From the NCBI GenBank assembly GCA_014361445.1, contig JACIVQ010000001.1, positions 10,174 to 74,173 on the forward strand: a DNA stretch of 64,000 nt. Direction: 5' to 3'. Below the pieces are notes generated by a model that was not told where the DNA came from, did no database searches, and was given only the letters and a program-made list of their open reading frames with translations. The position numbers and the translations under genes are program-made. This DNA is from Methanosuratincolales archaeon. GTDB lineage: Archaea; Thermoproteota; Methanomethylicia; Methanomethylicales; Methanomethylicaceae. Positions 1-9,088 of this stretch are shown piece after piece (positions within the stretch are counted from its first letter, which is position 1; each line of letters begins with the position of its first letter).

Positions 1-672
1 TGTCAGAGCGCCCTCCCCACGCCCACCATGACCATATCCAATCGAAGAAGGTAACCCGATCACGATCCCAGGAAAAAGACTGGTGAATACGGATGGCAAC
101 GCGCCTTCCATTCCCGCTACTACGATCGCCACTTTTACTCCTTCTTCGATGCATCTTTTGGCTACGGGAAATATCCTGTGAAGACCGGCTATTCCCACAT
201 CGTAGAAGGTTAGAGTCTTGAAACCCATTTCATTAATTATTGCGAGAGCCTCCTCCGCGACGGGGATGTCACAGCTTCCTGCGGTTATTATTGCAACGGG
301 AGGATCCTTCAGTGGCGGCGCTTCACCCCGCCTAATGGAGACGACCCGCCCCCTCTCGTAGTAGGTCGTTTTGGCTTTTCCAGAGAAGGTTTTTATGAGG
401 AGTTCGGCTTGGGCAGGCGTCACCCTTGTAGCGATGACTACACTGTTATCCTGGAGAAGCGCATCGGCAGCACCTATGAGCGTATCGTCAGATTTTCCCT
501 CCCCAAAGATGACTTCGGGGACACCTTTTCTTATATTTCTAGATATGTCTATGCAGGCACCCTCCATCTCCTTCAGGGCAAGTAGGCGGATCTTCCGGGT
601 AGCTTCCTCTACATCGATCTTGCCATTCTTTAGTTGGTAGAGTATCTCGCGGAGGTCCAAAGCCCACACCAA
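1..672 (-). CDS. larB: LarB-like nickel-pincer cofactor biosynthesis protein (PurE-like carboxylase), partial; C-terminus beyond window start
   Basis: Reverse-strand translation gives LREILYQLKNGKIDVEEATRKI...PVAIITAGSCDIPVAEEALAIINEMGF...VAIVVAGMEGALPSV. This is a PurE-like fold with the LarB-type N-terminal extension and a TAGxxDxPVAEEA motif. The likely TTG/GTG start is near 669-672. A LarC gene lies adjacent. Confidence 0.65.
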   Translation of the reverse strand, partial: MVWALDLREILYQLKNGKIDVEEATRKIRLLALKEMEGACIDISRNIRKGVPEVIFGEGKSDDTLIGAADALLQDNSVVIATRVTPAQAELLIKTFSGKAKTTYYERGRVVSIRRGEAPPLKDPPVAIITAGSCDIPVAEEALAIINEMGFKTLTFYDVGIAGLHRIFPVAKRCIEEGVKVAIVVAGMEGALPSVFTSLFPGIVIGLPSSIGYGHGGRGEGALT

Positions 673-722
673 TCAATAAATGTTATATCAGCAATCACAA
701 AAATGAAGTGTGGTGCTAATAT

Positions 723-1910
723 TTGAAGGTAGTGATAATAGATTGTGCCACAGCAGGGGTTTCTGGAGATAAACTGCTCGCAGCGGCGGTGAATGCGGGC
801 GGGAGCGAACTAAAGCTCAAAGTAGAAGAGGCGACCAATTCGATCGTGGGGGAAAGGGCATTCTCTTTTGAAGACGCAGAGCAGAACGGCTTAAGGGGTC
901 TGAGGGTTGCTCACAGCCTTCAGGGTAGGAGGTATGAAGGGGATCTTGTTGAGGCTGTGAGATCAGCCTCCTCCAAGGTGGGTCTAGGTCGCTGGGGCTT
1001 TGGTACCGCAACCTTGGCAGCAGAGTTGATCATGGAAGCAGAGAGGGAGGTCCATGGGGGAGACAAGCTCCACGAGCTGGGAGAGATGGACACCGTTGTT
1101 GACATAGTGGGGACTCTAAAGGTACTTGAAGGGCTCGGACTTGAGGACGCTGAGTTCTTCACCACGCCCTTAAGGGTGGGGACGGGTTACATAAAGGGCG
1201 GGCACGGGATCTTGCCCATCCCTGCACCCGCCACACTCCAGATAGTGAGAAGGGCAGGCATGCCAATTTTGCTTTCGTCCGAGAATTACGAGTACACCAC
1301 ACCTACAGGGGCAGCGCTGCTGGCAGCCCTGACGTACGGGAAGACGACGAGACCACCAGCATTCCGTGTTAGGGGAGTTGGTGTTGGGATTGGTACCTTG
1401 AAGCTGGATGTGCCAAACATAACCCGGATCATAATAGGGGAGAGTGGCGGCTTTTCAGACAAGGTATGTGTGTTGGAGAGCAACTTGGATGACGTGGGTG
1501 GCGAGATCCTTGGATGGCTCTCGGAGAGATTGAAGGGTGTGGCTGAGGATGTCTCCTTTATACCTATATTCATGAAGAAGTCCAGACCGGGGTTCACAGT
1601 CAGGGTAGTTGTTAGACCAGAGATGAAGGACAAGGCGGTCGAAGTGATAATGAAGGAGACCGGGACGCTGGGTGTCAAGGTGCTCGAGTGTGAGAGGGTC
1701 AAGGCAGATAGGGAGTTCGCTGAGGAAACAGTGAAGATAGGGAATTCGGAATACAAAATTAGGGTGAAGAGGAGCAGGACGGCATCGAGGGTCAAGCCAG
1801 AGTTTGATGATTTGAAGAGGATAGCGGTGAATGAGGGCAGGCCCCTGAGGGAGGTAATGGAAGAGGTAATTAGACAGGTCAGAGAGAAATACCAAGAGGA
1901 GAGGAGTTAG
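723..1910 (+). CDS. larC: LarC-like nickel insertion protein (DUF111/UPF0272 family)
   Basis: 395 aa, TTG start. The N-terminus MKVVIIDCATAGVSGDKLLAA matches the DUF111 signature (CxSGxSGDM), and the length is typical of the family. It sits next to larB. Confidence 0.7.
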   Translation: MKVVIIDCATAGVSGDKLLAAAVNAGGSELKLKVEEATNSIVGERAFSFEDAEQNGLRGLRVAHSLQGRRYEGDLVEAVRSASSKVGLGRWGFGTATLAAELIMEAEREVHGGDKLHELGEMDTVVDIVGTLKVLEGLGLEDAEFFTTPLRVGTGYIKGGHGILPIPAPATLQIVRRAGMPILLSSENYEYTTPTGAALLAALTYGKTTRPPAFRVRGVGVGIGTLKLDVPNITRIIIGESGGFSDKVCVLESNLDDVGGEILGWLSERLKGVAEDVSFIPIFMKKSRPGFTVRVVVRPEMKDKAVEVIMKETGTLGVKVLECERVKADREFAEETVKIGNSEYKIRVKRSRTASRVKPEFDDLKRIAVNEGRPLREVMEEVIRQVREKYQEERS

Positions 1911-1921
1911 AGGGGGTTGTC

Positions 1922-2257
1922 TTGGAAGCCTCAAAGAAATTGGAGGTTGAGGATATTAAAGATCTTGCGAGGCTTGTCGCTTCCACCGTTTCCATGGGGC
2001 AGCCCATATACCTCGTGCATTTCAAGCACAACGAGAAGCACTACTATGGGGTTCTAGGGGTTTACAACAACTATTATGATAAATACGGTCTGCCTTTGTT
2101 TTACTACCACGTGACGGACAGGGCATACAATGGAAGGTATGTTCTGGTGAAGATGGACGAGAGGGAGGAAATACTATTCGCTGAGGGCGTTAAACCTGGG
2201 TGGATAGCGGTCCCGATAATAAACCTCAAGGAGAAGCCGGAGTTCGTGGAGATCTGA
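1922..2257 (+). CDS. hypothetical small protein (111 aa) downstream of larC
   Basis: Long ORF with protein-like composition in a tightly packed cluster. No recognisable family. Confidence 0.35.
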   Translation: MEASKKLEVEDIKDLARLVASTVSMGQPIYLVHFKHNEKHYYGVLGVYNNYYDKYGLPLFYYHVTDRAYNGRYVLVKMDEREEILFAEGVKPGWIAVPIINLKEKPEFVEI

Positions 2258-2282
2258 GTTGGCACATGGCAGTGGCAGGCGG

Positions 2283-2651
2283 TCACACAAGGGAGACTTT
2301 GACCCATTCTCCCTGCCTTACCTTTTTTAAGGGCTCTAGATCTGTGACAACCCTTCCGATCACATTTACAGGGCTATATGGCTGTGACTTCCCGTAGAAG
2401 ATGCAGAAGGCCTTCCCAGGAGGCCAGTAAGCAACATCGCCCGCCTGGACGGTGGAACGAGGCTTCTCCGGACCCATGGTGACAGGGGTCTCAAAGTAGA
2501 CCTCCTCCTTCCATAGGAATGCTTTTGAGCTGAAAGGCATAGCCCCCACCAGTGCTTCAACCGTCCTGGGTGCCAAGATACGTGATAGCTCTACTTTGCA
2601 CTCTGCACTCTGAAAAGAGACGAGCACCAAGATCTTGTCAACTATACCCAT
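2283..2651 (-). CDS. cyclophilin-like superfamily protein (DUF369/PF04126-like)
   Basis: 122 aa. The motif ...EIYFETPV...GDVAYWPPGKAFCIFYG...PVNVIGRV matches the conserved pattern of TM1367-like cyclophilin-fold proteins. Confidence 0.5.
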   Translation of the reverse strand: MGIVDKILVLVSFQSAECKVELSRILAPRTVEALVGAMPFSSKAFLWKEEVYFETPVTMGPEKPRSTVQAGDVAYWPPGKAFCIFYGKSQPYSPVNVIGRVVTDLEPLKKVRQGEWVKVSLV

Positions 2652-2663
2652 TAAGCAACCCCA

Positions 2664-2963
2664 CTATGCGGCGGGCACGTAGATGTCGAGGCGGCGACCG
2701 CTCTTGATCGCCTTAAGCAGACCCTGCTTTGAGAGGGTCTCGAGTATATCCTTGGAGATGCTGTATTTCAGGTTGTACTTGGAGTATATCTGGTATGGTG
2801 TTACAAACTTCATCTTAACTACGTCTTTCTTGATCTGGTCCATCACCTTTGGATCAATCAAAATCGTCGTGGATGCCTTTGTGATCTCCCTCTTTGGAGC
2901 TTCTTTCTTGCCAGATTCAAGCTCTTTAGCGGGTTTCGGCTTTGACGTTTTTCCGCCGCCCAT
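2664..2963 (-). CDS. rps25e: 30S ribosomal protein S25e
   Basis: Lys-rich N-terminus MGGGKTSKPKPAKE followed by ...ILIDPKVMDQIKKDVVKMKFVTPYQIYSKYNLKYSISKDILETLSKQGLLKAI..., which matches the eS25 core. The ORF-track start at 2993 adds 10 residues that are probably not translated. Confidence 0.8.
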   Translation of the reverse strand: MGGGKTSKPKPAKELESGKKEAPKREITKASTTILIDPKVMDQIKKDVVKMKFVTPYQIYSKYNLKYSISKDILETLSKQGLLKAIKSGRRLDIYVPAA

Positions 2964-2993
2964 ACCATACACCAAAAGCCAAGAGATTGGCAT

Positions 2994-3043
2994 CGAAATA
3001 AAAAGATTTTGGTTTTGCAGTCGCCCTGGGGATTGGACCCCAG
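2994..3043 (-). terminator. hairpin (ctgggg-attgga-ccccag) followed on the minus strand by a T-rich run; putative terminator of the radical SAM gene
   Basis: Perfect 6-bp stem with a 6-nt loop at 3026-3043. The minus strand then reads ...aaaatctttttatttcg (oligo-T). Confidence 0.3.
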
Positions 3044-3129
3044 AGGAAAATTTTGTCGGGCACTTAAATTCAATGGTAGAGGGATTAAAAATAAAGTTTG
3101 AGCAAGTGCTGCGATAATATTCGCTTATG

Positions 3130-4593
3130 TCATGCCGAAGAAGTCTTAATTGGGGTGCTGTGGGCTCGCTCCAAGATGGGTCTGTGGATGGAGTTCATCG
3201 TGCAGAATGGTATGATTTTTCCATCGGGGAAAGCGTAGTGAATGGTGCACCTATTTATGCGATCAAGATCAAAATTGTAGGGATCCATGAAGTGCATGCA
3301 CCCTATGAGTACAACTTTGCGCATAAACTGTCCCAAGGTATCATAATCCCCATGTAATAGTACGGACGAGACTAGGTCCCCCAGGAGGGAAAGCTTGACG
3401 TGCCTGCTGGCGCCTAGTAGTCTCATCTTTGCCCTTAGCATTGAGCCCCTCGAGGCGTCCTCGTAAACCTTATTGAGGGCGGACATGAACCTCTCGACAT
3501 TGGCATAGCGTGTTATCGGGACGATTTTTTCACCCTCAGGGATGATCATTGTTGCCATTCCACAGTGCTGGTGGTTGGTAAACTCTTGGTACCTTCTCCC
3601 TTTGAGCGCGCCTACGGCCCTCGAGATTGGCAGAACCACTGGGATCGGGTAGAAGTCGCTGACCTTGATCTCGCCGTTTGTTTGCTCCTCTGCAAGTCTT
3701 AGAACATCGGGTATGGTTATCCGCATCTCTCTCAATTTTTTCTTGTCGATCCTGCCTGCCATAGAGACAGGTTGGAAGTTCACGCCCCTGACCACGTCAC
3801 TGTTCCTCGAGGCAAACCTTATTATTGCGCCTATCTGGTCGTCATTTACCCCTTTCACTACCGTTGGGACGAGGACTACGCTGTCCAAGCCAACAGACCT
3901 GCAGTTCTCAATAACCTTGAGTTTTGTCTCGAAGAGATCCAATCCCCTGGCGGTTATATAAGGTCCTGGCTTCATGCCGTCGAACTGAAGGTACAGGGTG
4001 CTGAGACCTGCATCCATGAGTCTCTTGAGGTACTCTATGTCCTTAGCGATCCTTATGCCATTGGTGTTTACCTCAATGTGGTGGAACCCCAGCTCTTTTG
4101 CCATGGCTATGAGGTCTGGGAGATCGTCCCTCACGGTTGGCTCGCCGCCGGAGAACTGGATAGAATTGGGAGGCACAGGCTGGTTCGCCCTGAGGTTCTT
4201 GAGCATAGAGCGGATCTCGTCCTGGGTTGGTTCGTAAAGGTAGCCCGCCGTGGCAGCATTGGCGAAGCATATGGGGCATTTGAGGTTGCACCTGTTGGTT
4301 ACATCGATTATGGAAAGGACTGTGTGGGACCTGTGCGCAGGGCATATCCCACAGTCGTATGGGCAACCCTTCACGGTCTGCGTTCTGGGGTTTTTGACGC
4401 CCTCGCCTATACACTCGTAACCCTCAACCCTCTTGAAGAGCTCATAGTCGCTCCAGTAAATATCCTCAAACCTCCCATGGGAGGGGCAAGTCTTACCTAT
4501 GTAAACAGCGCCACCGTCCTCGTATATCTCGGCATCCAAGACCTGCATACACTCTGGACAGATGCTCTTAGTCCTCTTGATGATCTGCATCAC
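3130..4593 (-). CDS. radical SAM enzyme with Cys-rich N-terminal domain; candidate tetraether lipid synthase (Tes/GDGT-MAS-like) family
   Basis: 487 aa. N-terminal CPEC...CPSHG and CPYDCGICPAH cysteine clusters, then the canonical CNLKCPICF (Cx3Cx2C) radical SAM motif with a glycine-rich SAM motif (FSGGEP). The long C-terminal domain and overall size and architecture resemble archaeal Tes-type enzymes. The family assignment is tentative. Confidence 0.6.
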   Translation of the reverse strand: MMQIIKRTKSICPECMQVLDAEIYEDGGAVYIGKTCPSHGRFEDIYWSDYELFKRVEGYECIGEGVKNPRTQTVKGCPYDCGICPAHRSHTVLSIIDVTNRCNLKCPICFANAATAGYLYEPTQDEIRSMLKNLRANQPVPPNSIQFSGGEPTVRDDLPDLIAMAKELGFHHIEVNTNGIRIAKDIEYLKRLMDAGLSTLYLQFDGMKPGPYITARGLDLFETKLKVIENCRSVGLDSVVLVPTVVKGVNDDQIGAIIRFASRNSDVVRGVNFQPVSMAGRIDKKKLREMRITIPDVLRLAEEQTNGEIKVSDFYPIPVVLPISRAVGALKGRRYQEFTNHQHCGMATMIIPEGEKIVPITRYANVERFMSALNKVYEDASRGSMLRAKMRLLGASRHVKLSLLGDLVSSVLLHGDYDTLGQFMRKVVLIGCMHFMDPYNFDLDRINRCTIHYAFPDGKIIPFCTMNSIHRPILERAHSTPIKTSSA

Positions 4594-4653
4594 AGATCAC
4601 GCCGCCAACTTCACCATTAATTTATATTTTAATGTTTTCATATCATTCATAGG

Positions 4654-5403
4654 TTGATACGTGTGTCAGAAGGGGAGGTTTTACGGATTCTGAGGGGTTG
4701 TGGGCTCACCGAGACCGAGGCGAAGGTTTATCTGGCACTGATAAAAGGCAGAGGGGACGCCAAGGAGATCAGCGCGAGGAGCAAGGTCCCATACAGCAAG
4801 ATACACACGGTTTTGACCAGCCTACAGGAGAAGTCGCTGATTACGGCATCGAGCGACAGACCCACCATCTACTCTGCCAAGAGCGTGGGCGAGGGGCTCG
4901 GCGAGTACAAGATCCAGATGCAGAAGGAGATAGAGGAGGCTTTCAAAAGGGCGGAGCAGGTACTGACGGCAATACAGGGAGAGCCCGAGAAGTCAGATAT
5001 CTGGATAATAAAGAGCGGTAATGAGATCTTGAGCAAGGCTTATCAGATGCTCAGGACGGCTAGGAGGGGCGTGAAGCTTGCGTTGCCTGTATTACCAGAG
5101 TGGCTGAGTGATGAGATCCTGCCCGTTCTGACGAGGCTGAGGGCTCAGCAGGTTGAAGTGAACATGCTGGTGACAAAGAACGTCAGTAAAGAAACGATCC
5201 AAAAACTATCTGGACTTTCCACAGTGAGGAGCAGAGACAAGATGTTTGGAGGAGGGATTATTGTAGACGATGCAGAGGTCATGTTGTTCATAGGCGGTAG
5301 CGAGGGTGTGATGGGCACTGCCATTTGGGCAAGCCACCCGGGCTTGGTTCAGCTCGCCAGTACCTACTTTGACTTTTTGTGGGCAGGCTCAGAAGCACCA
5401 TGA
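4654..5403 (+). CDS. TrmB-family transcriptional regulator
   Basis: N-terminal winged HTH (L..CGLTETEAKVYLALIKGRGDAKEIS..SKVPYSKIHTVLTSLQEKSLI) with a C-terminal effector-type domain. ~250 aa. Confidence 0.6.
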   Translation: MIRVSEGEVLRILRGCGLTETEAKVYLALIKGRGDAKEISARSKVPYSKIHTVLTSLQEKSLITASSDRPTIYSAKSVGEGLGEYKIQMQKEIEEAFKRAEQVLTAIQGEPEKSDIWIIKSGNEILSKAYQMLRTARRGVKLALPVLPEWLSDEILPVLTRLRAQQVEVNMLVTKNVSKETIQKLSGLSTVRSRDKMFGGGIIVDDAEVMLFIGGSEGVMGTAIWASHPGLVQLASTYFDFLWAGSEAP

Positions 5404-6131
5404 GTCTTCATTGGTACCAAGCCACCCCGCTCTATGGTGAAGTAGTGCCAGATTGTGTCGTGTATGGCGCCCTTCATCTTCCTCACGCGGAGCTGTCTCG
5501 CCAATAACCCCTGCTGGGCAAGCAACGGATCGAATCGGAAGTCTATTATCCCATCCACAAGGTAATCGATCATGGCAGCAAACTCGTCTATTGATTTCAA
5601 GCCTATGTGGTAAGTTGCGAAGATCGGGATGCCCATCATCTTGCAGAACTCAGCCCTCCAGTTCTTGACGGTCTCAAGGGTGGATGTGGGCTCGCTGATG
5701 GTGAAGAACTCTGTCAGGGAGTCAATAAATATGGTACCCTTCCCCTCCATGCCCTCTGCTGTGGAGAGGAGCGTGCCCGTGAGCTCGTGGTGGTCCTTTG
5801 GGTTCTGGACTATGCGAATGCCCTCTGTGGGCTTGGGCTGGGTCCTTGCCCTGAAAGAGAAGCAGTCCACTATCCGGAGCACATTATTTGCCAAAGCCCC
5901 GCGGACCTCGTAGCCGAGGCGTAAGAAGTTGTTTACTATCGATGAGGGGCTATCGTCGAATGTCACGAAGATGCACGGTTCGCCGAGCCTTATCCTGGTC
6001 CCTGCGGCCTGGGCGATTGCGACGGACTTGCCAGTCCCTCCTTCCCCGAAGAGGAGTACAAAGCTGTTCCTCGGCATGCCGTCTGGTAGGAGGGAATCTA
6101 TCATGGGGATTCCTAAAGTGATGTATGACAT
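5364..6131 (-). CDS. KaiC/RadB-like RecA-superfamily ATPase
   Basis: Walker A LFGEGGTGKS. Single KaiC-like domain, 255 aa. Confidence 0.6.
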   Translation of the reverse strand: MSYITLGIPMIDSLLPDGMPRNSFVLLFGEGGTGKSVAIAQAAGTRIRLGEPCIFVTFDDSPSSIVNNFLRLGYEVRGALANNVLRIVDCFSFRARTQPKPTEGIRIVQNPKDHHELTGTLLSTAEGMEGKGTIFIDSLTEFFTISEPTSTLETVKNWRAEFCKMMGIPIFATYHIGLKSIDEFAAMIDYLVDGIIDFRFDPLLAQQGLLARQLRVRKMKGAIHDTIWHYFTIERGGLVPMKTHGASEPAHKKSK

Positions 6132-6315
6132 ATGGCTTCAACGCTTTAATTTTGTGGCTTCTTGCTTAAAAACAAGACCTTTTTTTGGCTCTGTTTTATA
6201 AGAATAATAATTCAACTAATGATTAAAATTAATGATTTTGTAAAAATGACAATTTAAAAGAAAAATATAATAATCCCCATTTTGAACTCTATCGGTATTA
6301 ATTGGAGGGTTTTCG

Positions 6316-7290
6316 TTGGCTAAAAATGGAAAGAGGATTTTGGTTGCCCTAGGTGGCAACGCGATAAAGCAGGCACATGAAAAAGGAACAGCTGAAGAGC
6401 AGTTCAGGAACGTGTACACCACAGCCAAGCACTTGGTGAATATGATAGAACATCTAGGGAAGGACGACAGGCTCATAATAACACACGGCAACGGTCCCCA
6501 GGCGGGGAACTTGGCGCTTCAGCAAGACATAGCTAAAGACGTGGTGCCGCCTCAGCCTCTGGACGTCGTGGGCGCAATGACACAGGGGCAGATAGGCTAC
6601 ATGCTCCAGCAGTGTTTAGAGAATATAATGATGGAGAAGGGCATGAAGGTCCCAGTAGTCGCCATAGTCAATCAGGTGCTGGTGGATAAAAACGACCCCG
6701 AGTTCTTTGGTGAGAACGCCTCGAAGCCGGTGGGCAACTTCCTGACAGAGGAAGAGGCCATGAAGATGAAGGCGGAGAAAGGCTGGATCGTGAAGAAGGT
6801 GAAGCCCAATGCGCCAAAGCCATGGAGGAGGGTCGTCCCGTCCCCAGACCCGATCGCAAATGTTGAGGCAGATGTCATAAAGATACTCGTGGACTCTGGA
6901 GTGGTCGTTATTGCATCAGGAGGTGGAGGGATCCCAGTCATAAAGGAGGACGGGAGGCTGGTGGGCGTCGAGGCTGTCATCGACAAGGACCTGGCAGGGG
7001 AGAGGCTAGCAGAGGTCGTGGAGGCAGACATATTCCTGATATTGACTGATGTGGAGAAGGCAAAGCTGAACTTTGGGAAGCCCGACGAGAAGGAGATCGA
7101 CAGGATGACGGTCTCGGAGGCGAAGAAATACCTCGCAGAAGGGCACTTCCTCCCTGGCAGCATGGGACCTAAGGTTAAGGCCTGCATAAGGTTCCTGGAG
7201 TGGGGAGGAAAAGAGGCGATAATAACATCGCTGGACAAGGCTGTAGAAGCGCTTGAAGGGAGAACCGGCACTCATATTGTGAAGGATTAG
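6316..7290 (+). CDS. arcC: carbamate kinase
   Basis: KRILVALGGNA...HGNGPQ(A)G... and a C-terminal ASGGGGIPV motif across the full length of the carbamate kinase family. 324 aa. TTG start with an AT-rich promoter just upstream. Confidence 0.85.
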   Translation: MAKNGKRILVALGGNAIKQAHEKGTAEEQFRNVYTTAKHLVNMIEHLGKDDRLIITHGNGPQAGNLALQQDIAKDVVPPQPLDVVGAMTQGQIGYMLQQCLENIMMEKGMKVPVVAIVNQVLVDKNDPEFFGENASKPVGNFLTEEEAMKMKAEKGWIVKKVKPNAPKPWRRVVPSPDPIANVEADVIKILVDSGVVVIASGGGGIPVIKEDGRLVGVEAVIDKDLAGERLAEVVEADIFLILTDVEKAKLNFGKPDEKEIDRMTVSEAKKYLAEGHFLPGSMGPKVKACIRFLEWGGKEAIITSLDKAVEALEGRTGTHIVKD

Positions 7291-7586
7291 CTTTGGGCTC
7301 TGGTCTGATGTCACACTTCATCCTTTTTTGTCCGTAATACCAGCACTCATCATAGCCCAATTATCCTAACACTTATTTTTTTAATAAACTTGACGGACCG
7401 TTCAAAAGGTTTATTAAGATCCATAATAATAATTGGATGGACAATCCGTCCATATAGTGTCATCTCACCCACCAAATTTTTCTACTTTTTTGGGTCAGTA
7501 AGTAGGACAATTGAGTAGTTTAGGCTCTGACCACACTCCTGCCGATAAGGTTAAAACGGGCAATATTTTATAGATATAAAATACTG

Positions 7587-8663
7587 GTGATAGTGTTGTC
7601 GATTAAGGTTGCCATAGTGGGTGTGGGTAACTGTGCATCAGCCTTGGTCCAAGGGACTTATTTCTACAGGGATGCGCCCGAGGACAGAGAGATACCAGGG
7701 CTTTTACACGTCAACATGGGAGGATACCACGTAAAGGATATAGAGTTTGTGGCGGCCTTCGATGTTGACGCCAATAAGGTAGGCAAAGACCTATCAGAGG
7801 CGATATTTGCAAAGCCGAACAACACAAGGAAGTTCTGCGATGTGCCAAAGATTGGGGTTACAGTAAAAAAGGGGCCTGTTATGGACGGTCTGGGCAAGTA
7901 CCTCAAGGAGTTCTTGACCGTAAGCGAGGAGGAGCCCGTGGATGTAGCAGAGGAGTTGAAGAGATCTGGGGTGGAGGTTGTTGTGAACTACCTGCCTGTG
8001 GGCTCTGAGCAGGCAGTGAGGTGGTACGCGGAGGAGGCGATCAAGGCGGGTTGCGCCTTTGTGAACTGCATGCCAGTCTTCATAGCTTCTGATGAGTCGT
8101 GGCAGAAGAAGTTCGCGGATAAGAACCTGCCAGTGGCTGGGGACGACGTAATGAGCCAGCTGGGGGCAACAGTGTTGCACAAGACCATCGCCAAGCTGAT
8201 GGTCGACAGAGGGGTGAGGATAACCGAGAGTTACCAGCTGAACATAGGAGGCGACACTGACTTTTTGAACATGCTAGAGGAGGCGCGCCTGGTCTCGAAG
8301 AGGATAAGCAAGACTTCTGCCGTCCAGGCAATGATCCCATACGATATACCCCTGAGGATCGGACCTTCGGACTATGTCGAATTCCTCGATAACAAGAAGA
8401 TCTGCTACATCTACATAAAAGGGGAGTATTTCGGAGGGACTCCGGTTCAAGTGGATGTAAAGCTGGATGTGTGGGACGCACCGAATAGCGGCGGGGTAGT
8501 GATAGATGTGATAAGGGCATGCAAGATCGCATTGGACAGGGGCATATCAGGGCCGCTCATAAGCGCCTCAGCTTTCGCATTCAAGCACCCACCACAGCAG
8601 ATGCCTTACGAGGTTGCTAAGAGGTGTTTTGAGGAGTTCATAGAGGGTAAAAGGGAGAGGTAG
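7587..8663 (+). CDS. ino1: myo-inositol-1-phosphate synthase
   Basis: The N-terminus VAIVGVGNCASALVQG...PGLLHV..GYHVKDIEFVAAFDVDANKVGKDLSEAIFA is near-identical in pattern to bacterial and archaeal Ino1 (M. tuberculosis type). A TATA-like element lies at 7566-7582, so the start may be a few codons downstream. Confidence 0.85.
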   Translation: MIVLSIKVAIVGVGNCASALVQGTYFYRDAPEDREIPGLLHVNMGGYHVKDIEFVAAFDVDANKVGKDLSEAIFAKPNNTRKFCDVPKIGVTVKKGPVMDGLGKYLKEFLTVSEEEPVDVAEELKRSGVEVVVNYLPVGSEQAVRWYAEEAIKAGCAFVNCMPVFIASDESWQKKFADKNLPVAGDDVMSQLGATVLHKTIAKLMVDRGVRITESYQLNIGGDTDFLNMLEEARLVSKRISKTSAVQAMIPYDIPLRIGPSDYVEFLDNKKICYIYIKGEYFGGTPVQVDVKLDVWDAPNSGGVVIDVIRACKIALDRGISGPLISASAFAFKHPPQQMPYEVAKRCFEEFIEGKRER

Positions 8664-8763
8664 AGCTGGTAGAGATTTTTACTAGTATTTAATTTTTTGT
8701 AAGAAATTCTTTGAGAAATAAACAAAACAATAAACAAAAAACAAAAACAAAAAAATAAAAAAG

Positions 8764-9075
8764 TTATGGAGTAGGTACAACGGACCTTCCTGAGAACCTT
8801 ATAGCCTCTGCGGCGTTGTCTGGCTTAATCTCGAATGCAAAAGGCCGCTCGCACCACCAGTACTTCTGAGCTTTATCCTCCTTGTAGTATGGGCATATCG
8901 GGCAGCACTTTGCCTCAAGCTTCAGAAGGTACCAGATTGGTGGAGCCTCGTCTGAGGGATAGCTCTTCTGCGGCCAAGGTTTCTCCTTTGAGACGTAGCC
9001 TGGGCACTTCGGGCTTACCCTGGGCTCTTGGTTCAGGATGTTCTTATATTCTGGACATAATATGCAGCATGGCAT
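8764..9075 (-). CDS. hypothetical Cys-rich small protein (103 aa, ~9 Cys) at the 3' end of the pyrimidine-catabolism operon
   Basis: ORF immediately downstream of the YgeW-like gene on the same strand. CC..C, CPGY and CCPICPY clusters. No family recognised. Confidence 0.35.
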   Translation of the reverse strand: MPCCILCPEYKNILNQEPRVSPKCPGYVSKEKPWPQKSYPSDEAPPIWYLLKLEAKCCPICPYYKEDKAQKYWWCERPFAFEIKPDNAAEAIRFSGRSVVPTP

Positions 9076-9088
9076 TGGATTTACCCCC

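Noticed and set aside
371-640. 89-aa plus-strand ORF
   Set aside because: Antisense shadow of the larB reading frame, which has clear homology on the minus strand.
1286-1934. 169-aa and 159-aa minus-strand ORFs
   Set aside because: Embedded antisense in larC. Low-complexity Ser/Thr/Pro composition.
3772-4620. 282-aa plus-strand ORF
   Set aside because: Antisense to the radical SAM gene. No motifs.
6672-7271. 199-aa minus-strand ORF
   Set aside because: Antisense to carbamate kinase. Ser/Thr-rich composition.
7794-8532. 128-aa and 150-aa minus-strand ORFs
   Set aside because: Antisense within ino1.
8690-8763. A-rich aaacaaaa tract (and similar tracts at 34710-34766 and 39481-39520), considered as a possible CRISPR or satellite array
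   Set aside because: No regular repeat-spacer periodicity. These are simple low-complexity A/T runs at convergent gene ends, and on the opposite strand they read as oligo-T terminator-like sequence.
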